A stretch of DNA of 64,000 bases from an uncultured Bacteroidota bacterium (lineage in GTDB: Bacteria; Bacteroidota; Ignavibacteria; Ignavibacteriales; Ignavibacteriaceae): contig CAVQBN010000011.1 of NCBI GenBank assembly GCA_963710735.1, forward strand, positions 10,682 through 74,681, given 5' to 3'. The first letter of the stretch is position 1. Each line of letters opens with the position of its first letter. Position numbers and translations under genes: made by a program. Shown in pieces: positions 1 to 9,351 of the stretch. The notes under the pieces are model-generated. The model saw nothing but the letters and a program-made list of their open reading frames with translations, did not search any database and had not been told where the DNA came from.

Positions 1-133
1 CAACGGCTTTTAATTTTCCTTTAAGAATTTCTGCAAGCTTTCTGCCTTTGGATAAAAGCTCAAAGCTTACATCGGCAGGTTTGCCGTTTCTTTGTTCAAT
101 GAAAACCCAAACGTCTTTATTCATAGTCCCCAT
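1..133 (-). CDS. etfA: electron transfer flavoprotein alpha subunit, N-terminal fragment (continues off the window)
   Basis: Minus-strand translation from the ATG at 133 gives MGTMNKDVWVFIEQRNGKPADVSFELLSKGRKLAEILKGKLKAV, a typical EtfA N-terminus. It starts 3 nt after the etfB stop codon (137-139). Confidence 0.7.
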   Translation of the reverse strand, partial: MGTMNKDVWVFIEQRNGKPADVSFELLSKGRKLAEILKGKLKAV

Positions 134-136
134 AAT

Positions 137-1039
137 TTATCCCAGGATATGATCTTCCATTAATTTATCAATTAAAATACCGATGCCGGCTTTAGAAGGT
201 TCTATCATTTCATGATTTCCGCCTGCTAAAACTACCGATTCTATTTTATGAACTTTTGTCGGTGAACCGTGCACGCCGCATCTTTTCTCATCAAGTTTTA
301 AATCATCCATTGTAAGCGTCTGAATATATAACTGCTTCGAAACATATTCATCTTTAAGCTGATCAATATAAAGCAGAGAATTGCCTTCCGTTAACTTTTC
401 TAATTCAATTAATGTTTTAGCATTTTTATAAGCCATTACTCTTTTTGCTTTATAGGGACGAGGGAATGATGCATCTTTCAAAACTGTAATCAAAACCGGA
501 AGTTTTGATTCTAGAATTTCGTATCCGCCTTCAATCTTTCTTTTAACTTTTACGCTTGATTCACTTACTTCAAGTATTTCTTCAGCGTATGTAATTTGAG
601 GTATGTTTAACTTTTCTGCCGTCTGCGGGCCGACCTGAGCAGTATCCCCGTCAATAGCTTGTCTGCCTGCAAAAACGAAATCATATTTACCTAATTTTTT
701 AATAGCCTCAGAAAGCACATAGGAAGTTGCAAGTGTATCTGCACCGGCAAATTTTCTATCGCTGATTAACACAGCTTCATCGGCGCCCATATAAAGACAT
801 TCTCTAAGGATATCGGAAGCACGCGGCGGCCCCATTGTAATTACGGTTACTTTACCACCGACTTTATCTTTAATTTGCAAAGCAAGCTCAAGTGAGACTC
901 GATCTTCATGATTAAAAATAGCCGGCAGTTTCGCCCTGTTTACGGTACCGTCTTCTTTCATTACCTGCCCCGAAATGTTGGCAGTATCCGGTACCTGTTT
1001 TACCATTACAATACTATGTAAGTCCATAAGTTCCCACAA
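137..1039 (-). CDS. etfB: electron transfer flavoprotein beta subunit
   Basis: 300-aa ORF with EtfB hallmarks (VKQVPDT near the N-terminus, GGKVTVITMGPP, FAGRQAIDGDTAQVGP). The true start may be the internal Met (MDLHS..., about 1027). Confidence 0.85.
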   Translation of the reverse strand: MWELMDLHSIVMVKQVPDTANISGQVMKEDGTVNRAKLPAIFNHEDRVSLELALQIKDKVGGKVTVITMGPPRASDILRECLYMGADEAVLISDRKFAGADTLATSYVLSEAIKKLGKYDFVFAGRQAIDGDTAQVGPQTAEKLNIPQITYAEEILEVSESSVKVKRKIEGGYEILESKLPVLITVLKDASFPRPYKAKRVMAYKNAKTLIELEKLTEGNSLLYIDQLKDEYVSKQLYIQTLTMDDLKLDEKRCGVHGSPTKVHKIESVVLAGGNHEMIEPSKAGIGILIDKLMEDHILG

Positions 1040-1280
1040 TTTTGACTCGACAAAATTACAAAAATTCTTTGTGCATTAACAACCTTTTTAGGTAAAAAAT
1101 ATTTTTACCGCCTCTTTAATTCTCAGTTGAAAAGTAACTATATAAATTTCAATCTCTTAGCTTCACTATAAATTTTAGTTAAATTCAATTTCTATTAAGT
1201 TAAAAAACCATAAATAAATATCCATTCCTTATCAAACAAACTATTATCCTTTGACATTAATTATTTTTTTCATATTTTTG

Positions 1281-1300
1281 TTATGAGCATATGCTCATAA
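1281..1300. promoter_or_regulatory. perfect 20-bp palindrome TTATGAGCAT/ATGCTCATAA, candidate operator
   Basis: Read directly: ttatgagcat at 1281-1290 is the exact reverse complement of atgctcataa at 1291-1300. It ends 10 nt upstream of the DUF134 ATG (1311), in the divergent etfB/DUF134 intergenic region. Confidence 0.5.
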
Positions 1301-1310
1301 TTAATTATTT

Positions 1311-1694
1311 ATGGCAAGACCAAAGAAACATAGAAGCATAAACTGCGACCCGACGTCTTATTACTTTAAGCCGGCAGGCGTGCCTATCGGCCATCTGGAC
1401 GAAGTAGTTCTTGAGGACGATGAACTTGAAGCCTTAAGGTTAGGTGACTTAAATAGTCTCTCTCAGGAAGAAGCTGCGGAAAAGATGAAAATTTCCAGGG
1501 CAACTTTCGGAAGGATTATAAATTCTGCTCATGTTAAGGTTGCAGATTCTATTATCAACGGTAAAGCCATTAAGATTTCAGTGGAATTAAACAACGAAGA
1601 AAAGGCTTCCTTTTTTTCATGCGGCAAGTGCGGACTGAAATTAAAAATGAGACACAGAAAACAGTTTTCAACTTGTCCTAAATGCAGTAACTAA
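1311..1694 (+). CDS. DUF134/UPF0251-family predicted DNA-binding protein with C-terminal CxxC-x14-CxxC zinc ribbon
   Basis: N-terminal MARPKKHR...YFKP.G and the HTH-like segment LSQEEAAEKMKISRATFGRII are typical of DUF134. The C-terminus CGKCGLKLKMRHRKQFSTCPKC carries four Cys. Confidence 0.75.
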   Translation: MARPKKHRSINCDPTSYYFKPAGVPIGHLDEVVLEDDELEALRLGDLNSLSQEEAAEKMKISRATFGRIINSAHVKVADSIINGKAIKISVELNNEEKASFFSCGKCGLKLKMRHRKQFSTCPKCSN

Positions 1695-1711
1695 AAAAAA
1701 TAGGTGGAAAT

Positions 1712-2107
1712 ATGAAAATAGCAGTAGCAACAAACGACCAGGTCAGAGTAACCGGTCATCTCGGAAGATGCAGATCATTCCTTGTTTATGAAACAAATGA
1801 CTCTGAAATATTAAAAAGAGAATTACGCGAAAATACTTTTACGCATCATATGACGCATCCAGGAGAAGAGCACGGACACCATCATCACGGCGAAGGCGAA
1901 GCGCATAGCCATCAAGGTTTAGTTGACGGCTTAAATGATTGCAGCCATGTAATTTTTCAAAGCGGCGGCTGGAGGGTTGTTGAAGATCTTAAAAATAACA
2001 ATATAACCCCGGTTTTAACTGATGAAAATTTAGCCGATGAAGCGGTGTTAAAGTTCTTAAAAGGAGAGCTTGTAACAAAAGAAGATAACTCATGCAATCA
2101 TCATTAA
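1712..2107 (+). CDS. NifX/NifB-like (FeMo-cofactor-binding fold) small protein with His-rich insertion
   Basis: MKIAVATND....GHLGRC..FLVYE and the C-terminal ...VIFQSGGWRVVEDL match the dinitrogenase FeMo-cofactor biosynthesis-domain family. The internal HHMTHPGEEHGHHHHGEGEAHSH has 10 His in 23 residues. The gene starts 17 nt after the DUF134 gene. Confidence 0.7.
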   Translation: MKIAVATNDQVRVTGHLGRCRSFLVYETNDSEILKRELRENTFTHHMTHPGEEHGHHHHGEGEAHSHQGLVDGLNDCSHVIFQSGGWRVVEDLKNNNITPVLTDENLADEAVLKFLKGELVTKEDNSCNHH

Positions 2108-2152
2108 GAAATCTTTAAGTTACAATTCAGTTTATTTGCGGATATTTCCTAC

Positions 2153-2203
2153 TCCTGAACTTATTCTTTTACCCATGCAATTGACGTTGGCGTAAGTTCA
2201 GGA
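2153..2203 (+). terminator. 11-bp inverted repeat (TCCTGAACTTA ... TAAGTTCAGGA) with 29-nt loop and T-rich tail; possible terminator or regulatory stem
   Basis: The arms at 2153-2163 and 2193-2203 are exact reverse complements and are followed by taattttatttta. The long loop is atypical for an intrinsic terminator. Confidence 0.3.
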
Positions 2204-2275
2204 TAATTTTATTTTAGTATGTAAAATTTTAATTCCTAATTTTGATGAATCTCTTAATAATATATAAGAATATAT

Positions 2276-3118
2276 ATGACTGATATGCTGATTGATGTAA
2301 TAAAAGAAAGTCTTCAAGTAACTTTGCTTGTTCTCTTGATGATGAGCCTGGTAGATATAATAAATGTGTGGACACGCGGTAAACTTGCTTCAATTCTGCA
2401 TACATCCTCAAATTGGAAACAATATATTGTTACTTCTGTAATCGGTTCGGCACCGGGATGCGTCGGAGCTTTTGCCGGCGTAAGTCTGTATATGCACGGA
2501 ATGATCAGCTTCGGAGCTATAACAGGCGGAATGCTTGCGACTTCCGGCGATGAAGCTTTTGTTATGCTGGCAATGTTTCCTAAAACAGCAATTCTTTTAT
2601 TTGCTATACTTGCTGTAATCGGTATTTTTTCCGGAAAGCTTATTGATTTAATTGTTAGAAAATTTAACATCCAAACTTGTGTAGATTGTGAAGTTCCCCA
2701 ATACCATTCACATCATGAGGGATATAAACATTATTTAAAAGAACACGTTTGGAACCATATTATAAAACATCATCTTTGGAGAATATTTTTGTGGACATTC
2801 GGTGCACTTCTTCTATTAAGTTTCGGATTCTCACATTATGATTTGCATAAAATCGCCTCTCACTATACATTATTAATCCTCATAGCAAGTGCATTAATCG
2901 GACTTATACCAGAATCAGGGCCGCACTTAATTTTTGTTACAATGTTCGCACAAGGATTAATTCCCTTTTCAATTTTACTCACAAGTTCCATGGTGCAGGA
3001 CGGCCACGGCCTTCTGCCGATGCTTTCATATTCACTTAAAGACTCCATCAAAATAAAAATTTTTAACTTTATTATAGGACTAAGTATCGGACTTACATTA
3101 TATTTGATAGGTTTATAA
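2276..3118 (+). CDS. polytopic membrane protein, putative metal-ion permease (ArsP_2 / 'putative manganese transporter'-like)
   Basis: 280 aa with 8-10 hydrophobic helices. The segment GSAPGCVGAFAGVSLYMHGMISFGAITGGMLATSGDEAFVMLAMFP resembles that family from memory. A central HSHHEGYKH loop is present. Confidence 0.5.
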   Translation: MTDMLIDVIKESLQVTLLVLLMMSLVDIINVWTRGKLASILHTSSNWKQYIVTSVIGSAPGCVGAFAGVSLYMHGMISFGAITGGMLATSGDEAFVMLAMFPKTAILLFAILAVIGIFSGKLIDLIVRKFNIQTCVDCEVPQYHSHHEGYKHYLKEHVWNHIIKHHLWRIFLWTFGALLLLSFGFSHYDLHKIASHYTLLILIASALIGLIPESGPHLIFVTMFAQGLIPFSILLTSSMVQDGHGLLPMLSYSLKDSIKIKIFNFIIGLSIGLTLYLIGL

Positions 3119-3151
3119 ATATTTTTCTTTTAATAGGGTTCAGACATATTT

Positions 3152-5536
3152 ATGAGACTTATCTTTTACAGTTTATTACTTTGTTCGTTATTCTCTTCTT
3201 TATTATTTTCACAAAACAGCATAATATTTGGCACCGTCAGAGATAGTGAAACCGGTCTATTTTTGCCTTTAGTTAATGTTAAAATTATTCCTTTAAATAT
3301 TAACACAATAACCGATGAAGAAGGAAATTTTAAATTTGAAAATGTACAGAAAGGCCGCTGCAAAATTATTTTTACCCATGTTGGGTACAAATCATTTGAA
3401 ATTATAGTTGCGGCGAATCCCGATTCGGTGAGACCAATTGAAATTAACTTAATTCCCTCTCCGATTAACCTCGGCGAAGTTATAGTATACAGCACAAAAA
3501 CCATTTCTCTGTTAAATGATATACCGGTGCCTGCTGAAGTTGTTACCTATAATAAAATTAAAAGAAGCAACCCTGTTTCAGTACCGGATGTTTTAAAAAA
3601 TGAGCCCGGGCTTGCACTTGGAAGAGATGGTATTTGGGGGACCCAAATTTCCATACGCGGGTTAAGCAAATCCAGTATTGTTACCATGGTTGATGGCAAT
3701 AGGCTGGAGACAGCTACTGATGTAGCAGCAGAACTATCTTTAATCGATGTAAACGATATAGATAGAATTGAAATTATTAAAGGCGGATCTTCATCACTTT
3801 ACGGCACAGGCGCGTTGGGCGGGATTATAAACATAATTACTAAATCCGGTTCATTTAATGATAATTTTATTATCAAAGGGAATGCGGGAAGCAGTTATTC
3901 TACTGTAAATAGTGAAGGTATGGGAAATCTTTCGCTTGAAGCAGATGCACCGGATTGGTATACAAGATTAAGTACTACTTTAAGAAAAGCTGATAATACA
4001 AAAACTCCAAGAGGATTTTTAAACAACAGCCAGTATTCTGATAATAATATTTCTTTTTCTGCAGGAGTTCGTCCTTTTAAAAACCATGAAATATTTCTAA
4101 AATACCAGAATTATTTTGCAAAAAATGTCGGGATTCCCGGGGGTAATTTACTTTTTCCTGCAAATGCACTTGTTACCTACCCTGTTGAACAAAGACAAAT
4201 GTTTAGCGCAGAATATTCAATTAAAAATATTACACGCGCACTTACAAGTTTATCAGCTAAATATTTTTACCAGGATATTTACAGAGATGTAAAAAATATT
4301 CCTTATATGACTAAGTACATTACCACTCCATCCGGACAGCCGGATAAAAAAATGATTGTGCAGGAAATTACTCCTCATGCTCAGCACTATACAAATGGAG
4401 TGCAGATTGAATCAAACTGGATTTTAAATGATAATAATTACCTTGTCTTAGGTTTCGATGGCTGGCAAAGAAATTTGGACAGCAGAAGAGAACGACATAT
4501 TCTTATTCAAAATATTGATAAGAACACACAGGATATTATCAGTACAGTAAACCAGGTTATTGGTGAAAGGCCAATACCGGAATCAAAATTCCAAAGCCTT
4601 GGATTATATGCGCAGGACGAATGGAATTTAGTTGCTAATAAACTAAAATTAATTCTCGGCGGAAGGTTAGATAAAATTACTATTACAAATAAACAATTAT
4701 TCAATCCCGTTTATATTATTGTAAACGGCGTAACCAATAATAATCCGCCTAATAGTTTACAATGGAATGCGGCAAATATTAATAATTATTCGTGGAGTAC
4801 AAATGTTGGATTATCTTATGCGTTAGAGAAGGGAATGCATTTAAACTTATCGTTAGCACACTCTTTTAGATCGCCTTCACTTGAAGAAAGATATCAGTTT
4901 ATTGATCTTGGAAATGTTGTTGAACTCGGTAATCCGAATTTAAATCCGGAAAAGGGATATTTTGTAGACGGCGGTATAAAATTATGGAATGATAATCTTT
5001 CCGGAACATTTGATATGTTTTACAATTATATTGCCGGTCTTGTTGTGCAAAAAAACGGAACATACGACGGACGGGCAGCTTTGATAAATTCTAATGTAGG
5101 CAAAGCAATTTTATACGGGTTCGACGGCTCCTTAGAATACAATATCTTTGGTAATTTCGTATTTTATACCAGGGTCTCTTTTGTTAGAGGAAGAAATGTT
5201 GAAGAAAATTTAGATCTCCCGCAAATTCCGCCTTTGAATGGATCACTTGGAATTAAAACTTCGCTGACTGAATATTTAAACATTGATTTTTCAGCATCTG
5301 CTTTCGCTTCACAAAATAAAGTTGCACCGGGAGAAATTTTCACTCCAGGTTATGTTTATTTTGATCTTTATTTATCATCTAAAGAATTCAATATAAAAGG
5401 CATTACTTATCAATTATTCGGCGGTGTGGAAAATTTGACTAACAAAGCTTACAGAAATCATCTTGCAACTAACCGCGGCAGTGTAACGGTAGAACCGGGT
5501 AGAAATATTTTTATTAAAGCATCGATTGGATTTTGA
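3152..5536 (+). CDS. TonB-dependent outer-membrane receptor with N-terminal CarboxypepD_reg-like domain
   Basis: 794 aa. It has a signal peptide, IIFGTVRDSETGLFLPLVNVKII (carboxypeptidase-regulatory-like), plug motifs (VDGNRLE, IEIIKGGSSSLYGTGALGGIINI) and a long beta-barrel ending in ...ASIGF. Confidence 0.9.
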   Translation: MRLIFYSLLLCSLFSSLLFSQNSIIFGTVRDSETGLFLPLVNVKIIPLNINTITDEEGNFKFENVQKGRCKIIFTHVGYKSFEIIVAANPDSVRPIEINLIPSPINLGEVIVYSTKTISLLNDIPVPAEVVTYNKIKRSNPVSVPDVLKNEPGLALGRDGIWGTQISIRGLSKSSIVTMVDGNRLETATDVAAELSLIDVNDIDRIEIIKGGSSSLYGTGALGGIINIITKSGSFNDNFIIKGNAGSSYSTVNSEGMGNLSLEADAPDWYTRLSTTLRKADNTKTPRGFLNNSQYSDNNISFSAGVRPFKNHEIFLKYQNYFAKNVGIPGGNLLFPANALVTYPVEQRQMFSAEYSIKNITRALTSLSAKYFYQDIYRDVKNIPYMTKYITTPSGQPDKKMIVQEITPHAQHYTNGVQIESNWILNDNNYLVLGFDGWQRNLDSRRERHILIQNIDKNTQDIISTVNQVIGERPIPESKFQSLGLYAQDEWNLVANKLKLILGGRLDKITITNKQLFNPVYIIVNGVTNNNPPNSLQWNAANINNYSWSTNVGLSYALEKGMHLNLSLAHSFRSPSLEERYQFIDLGNVVELGNPNLNPEKGYFVDGGIKLWNDNLSGTFDMFYNYIAGLVVQKNGTYDGRAALINSNVGKAILYGFDGSLEYNIFGNFVFYTRVSFVRGRNVEENLDLPQIPPLNGSLGIKTSLTEYLNIDFSASAFASQNKVAPGEIFTPGYVYFDLYLSSKEFNIKGITYQLFGGVENLTNKAYRNHLATNRGSVTVEPGRNIFIKASIGF

Positions 5537-5560
5537 TCGGATAGTGGAAAAAGGGAAATT

Positions 5561-6436
5561 ATGAACTGGTTTTTACTTGCAATTATATCTGCTGTATTTT
5601 CAGCTGCTGCTGCTTTATTCCAGAAAAAGATTTTATTCAGTATTGAGGCACTCGATTTTTCTCTGCTTCTATCATTTTTTAATGTTGTTTTATCAATACC
5701 TTTTTTATTGAACGTAAATTATGCTGCCCTTTCTTCCGCAAACTTATTGGTACTTTATTTTAAATCGATCTTAGGAGCCTTAGCCTTCTTGTGCGTCATG
5801 CTCTCAATAAAAAACCTGGAAATAAGCAAAGCCCTTCCTCTTTTAGCATTAACACCTGGTCTTGTAGCAATTTTTGCGTTTGTTTTTATAAATGACTCAC
5901 TCTCAGTAATACAAGTTTGTGCAATATTGCTTTTACTATCCGGCACATATATCCTGGAAGCCCGTTCAGGTCAAAAATTATTAGATCCTTTTAAAGTTTT
6001 CATTAAATCGAAGAACCATCACTATGTTGTATTTGCTCTTCTTCTCTTCACAACTACTTCAATAATTGACAGGCTTTTGCTTAACCGGTATCAATTACCG
6101 CCTAATGCTTTTTTGGGATTTCAGCATATTTTTTTCGCAATAAACTTTTTAATCATTTACATAATTTTTAAAAAAAACGTTGCAAGATTATTCAAATTGA
6201 ATTCAAACTCTATTTGGCTCCTAATCATTCTGGTATCTGTATTAACTGTAGTTTATAGGTACACTGAAATCCTCGCTGTAAAAATTGCGCCGGTCGCAAT
6301 GGTTCTTTCAGTTAAAAGGATTTCTGTTTTCTTTGCAGTTTTAATCGGTGGGAAAATATTTAAAGAGAAAAATTTATTAATAAAAACTCTTGCCACGGTA
6401 TTAATCATTATAGGAATAATTTTAATAACACGTTAA
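5561..6436 (+). CDS. EamA/DMT-family transporter
   Basis: 291 aa with about 10 TM helices and the two-halves architecture typical of drug/metabolite transporters. Confidence 0.7.
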   Translation: MNWFLLAIISAVFSAAAALFQKKILFSIEALDFSLLLSFFNVVLSIPFLLNVNYAALSSANLLVLYFKSILGALAFLCVMLSIKNLEISKALPLLALTPGLVAIFAFVFINDSLSVIQVCAILLLLSGTYILEARSGQKLLDPFKVFIKSKNHHYVVFALLLFTTTSIIDRLLLNRYQLPPNAFLGFQHIFFAINFLIIYIIFKKNVARLFKLNSNSIWLLIILVSVLTVVYRYTEILAVKIAPVAMVLSVKRISVFFAVLIGGKIFKEKNLLIKTLATVLIIIGIILITR

Positions 6437-6508
6437 AAGGTAAACTTGAATCTATATTTTTATTTGAGTATCTAATCATTTATAAATTTGAAGTAATTAA
6501 ATAATATT

Positions 6509-6955
6509 GTGAGGTCTTTAATGTCAACTAGAAAAGCATATATAAAACAATTAAAGGGAATAACGTTCGTCGGAAAAACAGATTCTAATCACTGGATAAC
6601 AATGGATGGCCCTGAAGACTTTGGAGGAAGCGATGCAGGAATTCGCCCAAAAGAATTAATACTTCTCGGGTTAGGCGGATGCACCGGAAGTGATGTGATT
6701 TCAATTCTGACTAAAAAGAGAGTTAAGCTTGATGATTTTGAAATAAACATTGAAACTGAAGTTTCCGAACAGCATCCGCAAGTATTTACAAAGCTTCATC
6801 TTGAATATGTCTTTTACGGTAAAGATATAATTGCCAAAGATGTTGAAAGAGCTATAGAGCTATCACAGACAAAATATTGCGGTGTTACTGCAATGCTCGA
6901 AAAAGCGGTTGAGATTACCCATTCATACAGAATTGAACCAGGAACTAAAAATTAA
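6509..6955 (+). CDS. OsmC-family (peroxiredoxin-like) protein
   Basis: DGPEDFGGSDAGIRPKELILLGLGGCTGSDV and the late ...TKYCGV motif match OsmC/Ohr. The ORF opens with GTG at 6509; the ATG at 6521 is an alternative start. Confidence 0.8.
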   Translation: MRSLMSTRKAYIKQLKGITFVGKTDSNHWITMDGPEDFGGSDAGIRPKELILLGLGGCTGSDVISILTKKRVKLDDFEINIETEVSEQHPQVFTKLHLEYVFYGKDIIAKDVERAIELSQTKYCGVTAMLEKAVEITHSYRIEPGTKN

Positions 6956-6957
6956 AA

Positions 6958-7605
6958 ATGATCCAAGATTTTAATTCTATTAGATCTTCAATCCCGCCAT
7001 CCGAGTCCGATATACTCCTCAATAAGTGGGGATATGATCTCTTAGAAGAATATTTCCAGATGATTCAATATGCTGGATTGACTAACGAAGGAATTGTATT
7101 TGAATTTGCTACAGGTTCCGGACGAATGACCTCGTTATTATCACGAATGAATCTTAAGATAATAACTGGAGATTTATCTTTTGAAAATAAGGTCGAAGCA
7201 GAGAAGAGAATTACTCATAACTTTTTGGGTAAAGTAAACTTTATGGGGTTAGATCTTGAGCATATTCCTTTCACAGACAATTCTTTGAAAAATATTATCT
7301 GTGTAAATACAATTCACCATTTAGAAGATCCGATTAATTGCATTAAAGAATTAATTAGAGTTAATTCTGTAAATGGCAAATTAGTTTTGGCTGATTTTAA
7401 TGAAGAAGGTTTTGATGTAATGGATAAGCTTCATAAAGTTAGATACGGAGATATTCACCCGCGCGGATTAAACATGTGGGATGAATTGCAAAATCTTCTT
7501 TATGATAATTACATCTCAGTAAGAAAAATTAATACCCGCCTAAATAGAGGTTTTATTGTAGAAGACAGGAAAATTAACCACGGCAGAGCAACATTCACAA
7601 ATTAA
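6958..7605 (+). CDS. class I SAM-dependent methyltransferase
   Basis: Motif I EFATGSGRM, then ...ICVNTIHHL... (Methyltransf_11-like). It starts 3 nt after the OsmC stop. Confidence 0.7.
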   Translation: MIQDFNSIRSSIPPSESDILLNKWGYDLLEEYFQMIQYAGLTNEGIVFEFATGSGRMTSLLSRMNLKIITGDLSFENKVEAEKRITHNFLGKVNFMGLDLEHIPFTDNSLKNIICVNTIHHLEDPINCIKELIRVNSVNGKLVLADFNEEGFDVMDKLHKVRYGDIHPRGLNMWDELQNLLYDNYISVRKINTRLNRGFIVEDRKINHGRATFTN

Positions 7606-7620
7606 TAATTAATTTTATTT

Positions 7621-7662
7621 AACAATTGCAGATGACATTTATGATTGCAATCTGCAATTGTT
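7621..7662. terminator. bidirectional hairpin between convergent genes (13-bp perfect stem AACAATTGCAGAT / ATCTGCAATTGTT)
   Basis: The arms at 7621-7633 and 7650-7662 are exact reverse complements with a 16-nt loop and AT/T-rich flanks. It sits between the stops at 7605 (+) and 7688 (-). Confidence 0.55.
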
Positions 7663-7687
7663 ATATATACACTTCAAAAATTCAAAA

Positions 7688-9319
7688 TTAAGCTTTGGTT
7701 TTAAATCCTTTCAGCATCCATTTTCTTGCAAGTATTAGACCGATGGGAGTTAAGATTGCAATCCAGCCGTATATAAACCACATCATACCTGAATTCATTG
7801 CTGATGGAAGCGTATTAAGCGGAATATAATGCTCTAGGAACCAGCCAGAATAAAAGCCTGCAATTACTTTTGTAAGAAACCATGGAAATTGCCCGACCCC
7901 CATATACAATCCGGTCATGTTTTTGGGCGCAACCTCGGCAATCCATTGTAAAAAGCGCGGCTGCCACATTGCTTCTCCTATAGTAGAGAATAAAACATAC
8001 AGAAGGAAAAGGTACATATTCGGCCCAAAGGCCAATAAAAATGTAGGAATGGCCATTACGGTAGTTCCGTATATCATCATCTTATAAACATTTGCTCTTG
8101 CTGTTAATCCTGCAACAAGCGGAGCAAGAATAAAAATAAGAATCGGGTTTAAGTTGGAAAAAACTTCAAAGTACCGGCTCACTACAGAGCCCGCAAATGC
8201 CCTATCAAGGTAATATGGAATTGTAAGCCAGTTATGCGCAAATAATGTCTGTACTGGTATAAGTATAAAAATAAAAAATGCAAATCTACTATCTCTGAAT
8301 GGATGTTCGGGCCTTCTTTTTAAAAACTCTTTTATGGTAATTATAAATGCAATCATAGAAAGTACAAAGAAAAAGTCTATCACGATATTCAGGCCGAGAA
8401 CAGAAAATTTAATTTCAAAATTTAAGGGATTTGAAAAACCAAAATTAGATAATAAAAACAAAGCAACTGTAATAACAGCATAAATTATCAATGGTACGTT
8501 ATTTATTTTTTCTTTTGTTTTATGATCTCCTTCTTCTTCATCACCTCTTCCTTCAAGACCTTCTTTTTCCATTTCTTCACGGACTTTAGCAACTGCCTGC
8601 TTATCCGACTTCTTGCTTAAAAGGACAAAAGTTAAAATGAGAGATATAACCGTTATTCCGGTGTAAATCCAGAATACGGCAGTTAATCCGTTCGGAGGAA
8701 AAATTTTTTCAAAGTGGGGCCTTGTTTCTGATGAGATAAATCCTGAAATAAAAGCACCCAAATTCATAAGTCCATAAATTACACCGTAACCCATAGCCGC
8801 TGTTTTAGGTGAAGTATATCTTTTTACACCAGCGTAAGCGGCTGGCTGATAAAGACCATAAAATAGAACGACAACAAGTAGCCCCGACGTCAATGTAAAA
8901 AACATTGGAGACCAGAGTCCGCCGGTTAATCCTAGACTGCCGGAAAGCGAAACAATTATTCTTCCGACAAGCATTCCGATAAATGCAATGGCAAGCGATT
9001 TTCTTACTCCCCATTTATCTGCAAACCCTCCGAATATTAGCATAGAAAAAGTAATTCCGCCGGTAACAAAGCTGTAAACAAGTCCCGATTGAGTGTCCTG
9101 CAAAGAAACATTCTCCGAACAATATTTACCTAATATTGTTAAGGTTCCGAAATAAACCAATCCTTCTAAAATATAGGGGACATTAACCCCCCACAACGCT
9201 TTCGGTGCCTTTACAAATGCAACAAAAGTTTCTCCCAGTTCTTTGAATGCATCAGTAATGATTTCAGAAAAATTCTTAGATTTTATTTCCTCTTTTTGTT
9301 CTTCCAGGTTTTCAGACAT
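7688..9319 (-). CDS. MFS-type transporter
   Basis: 543 aa with many TM helices in two bundles, separated by a charged loop (KVREEMEKEGLEGRGDEEEGDHKTKEK). Confidence 0.65.
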   Translation of the reverse strand: MSENLEEQKEEIKSKNFSEIITDAFKELGETFVAFVKAPKALWGVNVPYILEGLVYFGTLTILGKYCSENVSLQDTQSGLVYSFVTGGITFSMLIFGGFADKWGVRKSLAIAFIGMLVGRIIVSLSGSLGLTGGLWSPMFFTLTSGLLVVVLFYGLYQPAAYAGVKRYTSPKTAAMGYGVIYGLMNLGAFISGFISSETRPHFEKIFPPNGLTAVFWIYTGITVISLILTFVLLSKKSDKQAVAKVREEMEKEGLEGRGDEEEGDHKTKEKINNVPLIIYAVITVALFLLSNFGFSNPLNFEIKFSVLGLNIVIDFFFVLSMIAFIITIKEFLKRRPEHPFRDSRFAFFIFILIPVQTLFAHNWLTIPYYLDRAFAGSVVSRYFEVFSNLNPILIFILAPLVAGLTARANVYKMMIYGTTVMAIPTFLLAFGPNMYLFLLYVLFSTIGEAMWQPRFLQWIAEVAPKNMTGLYMGVGQFPWFLTKVIAGFYSGWFLEHYIPLNTLPSAMNSGMMWFIYGWIAILTPIGLILARKWMLKGFKTKA

Positions 9320-9351
9320 ACGTACTCCCTTTTATCTACATTATGAATTAT

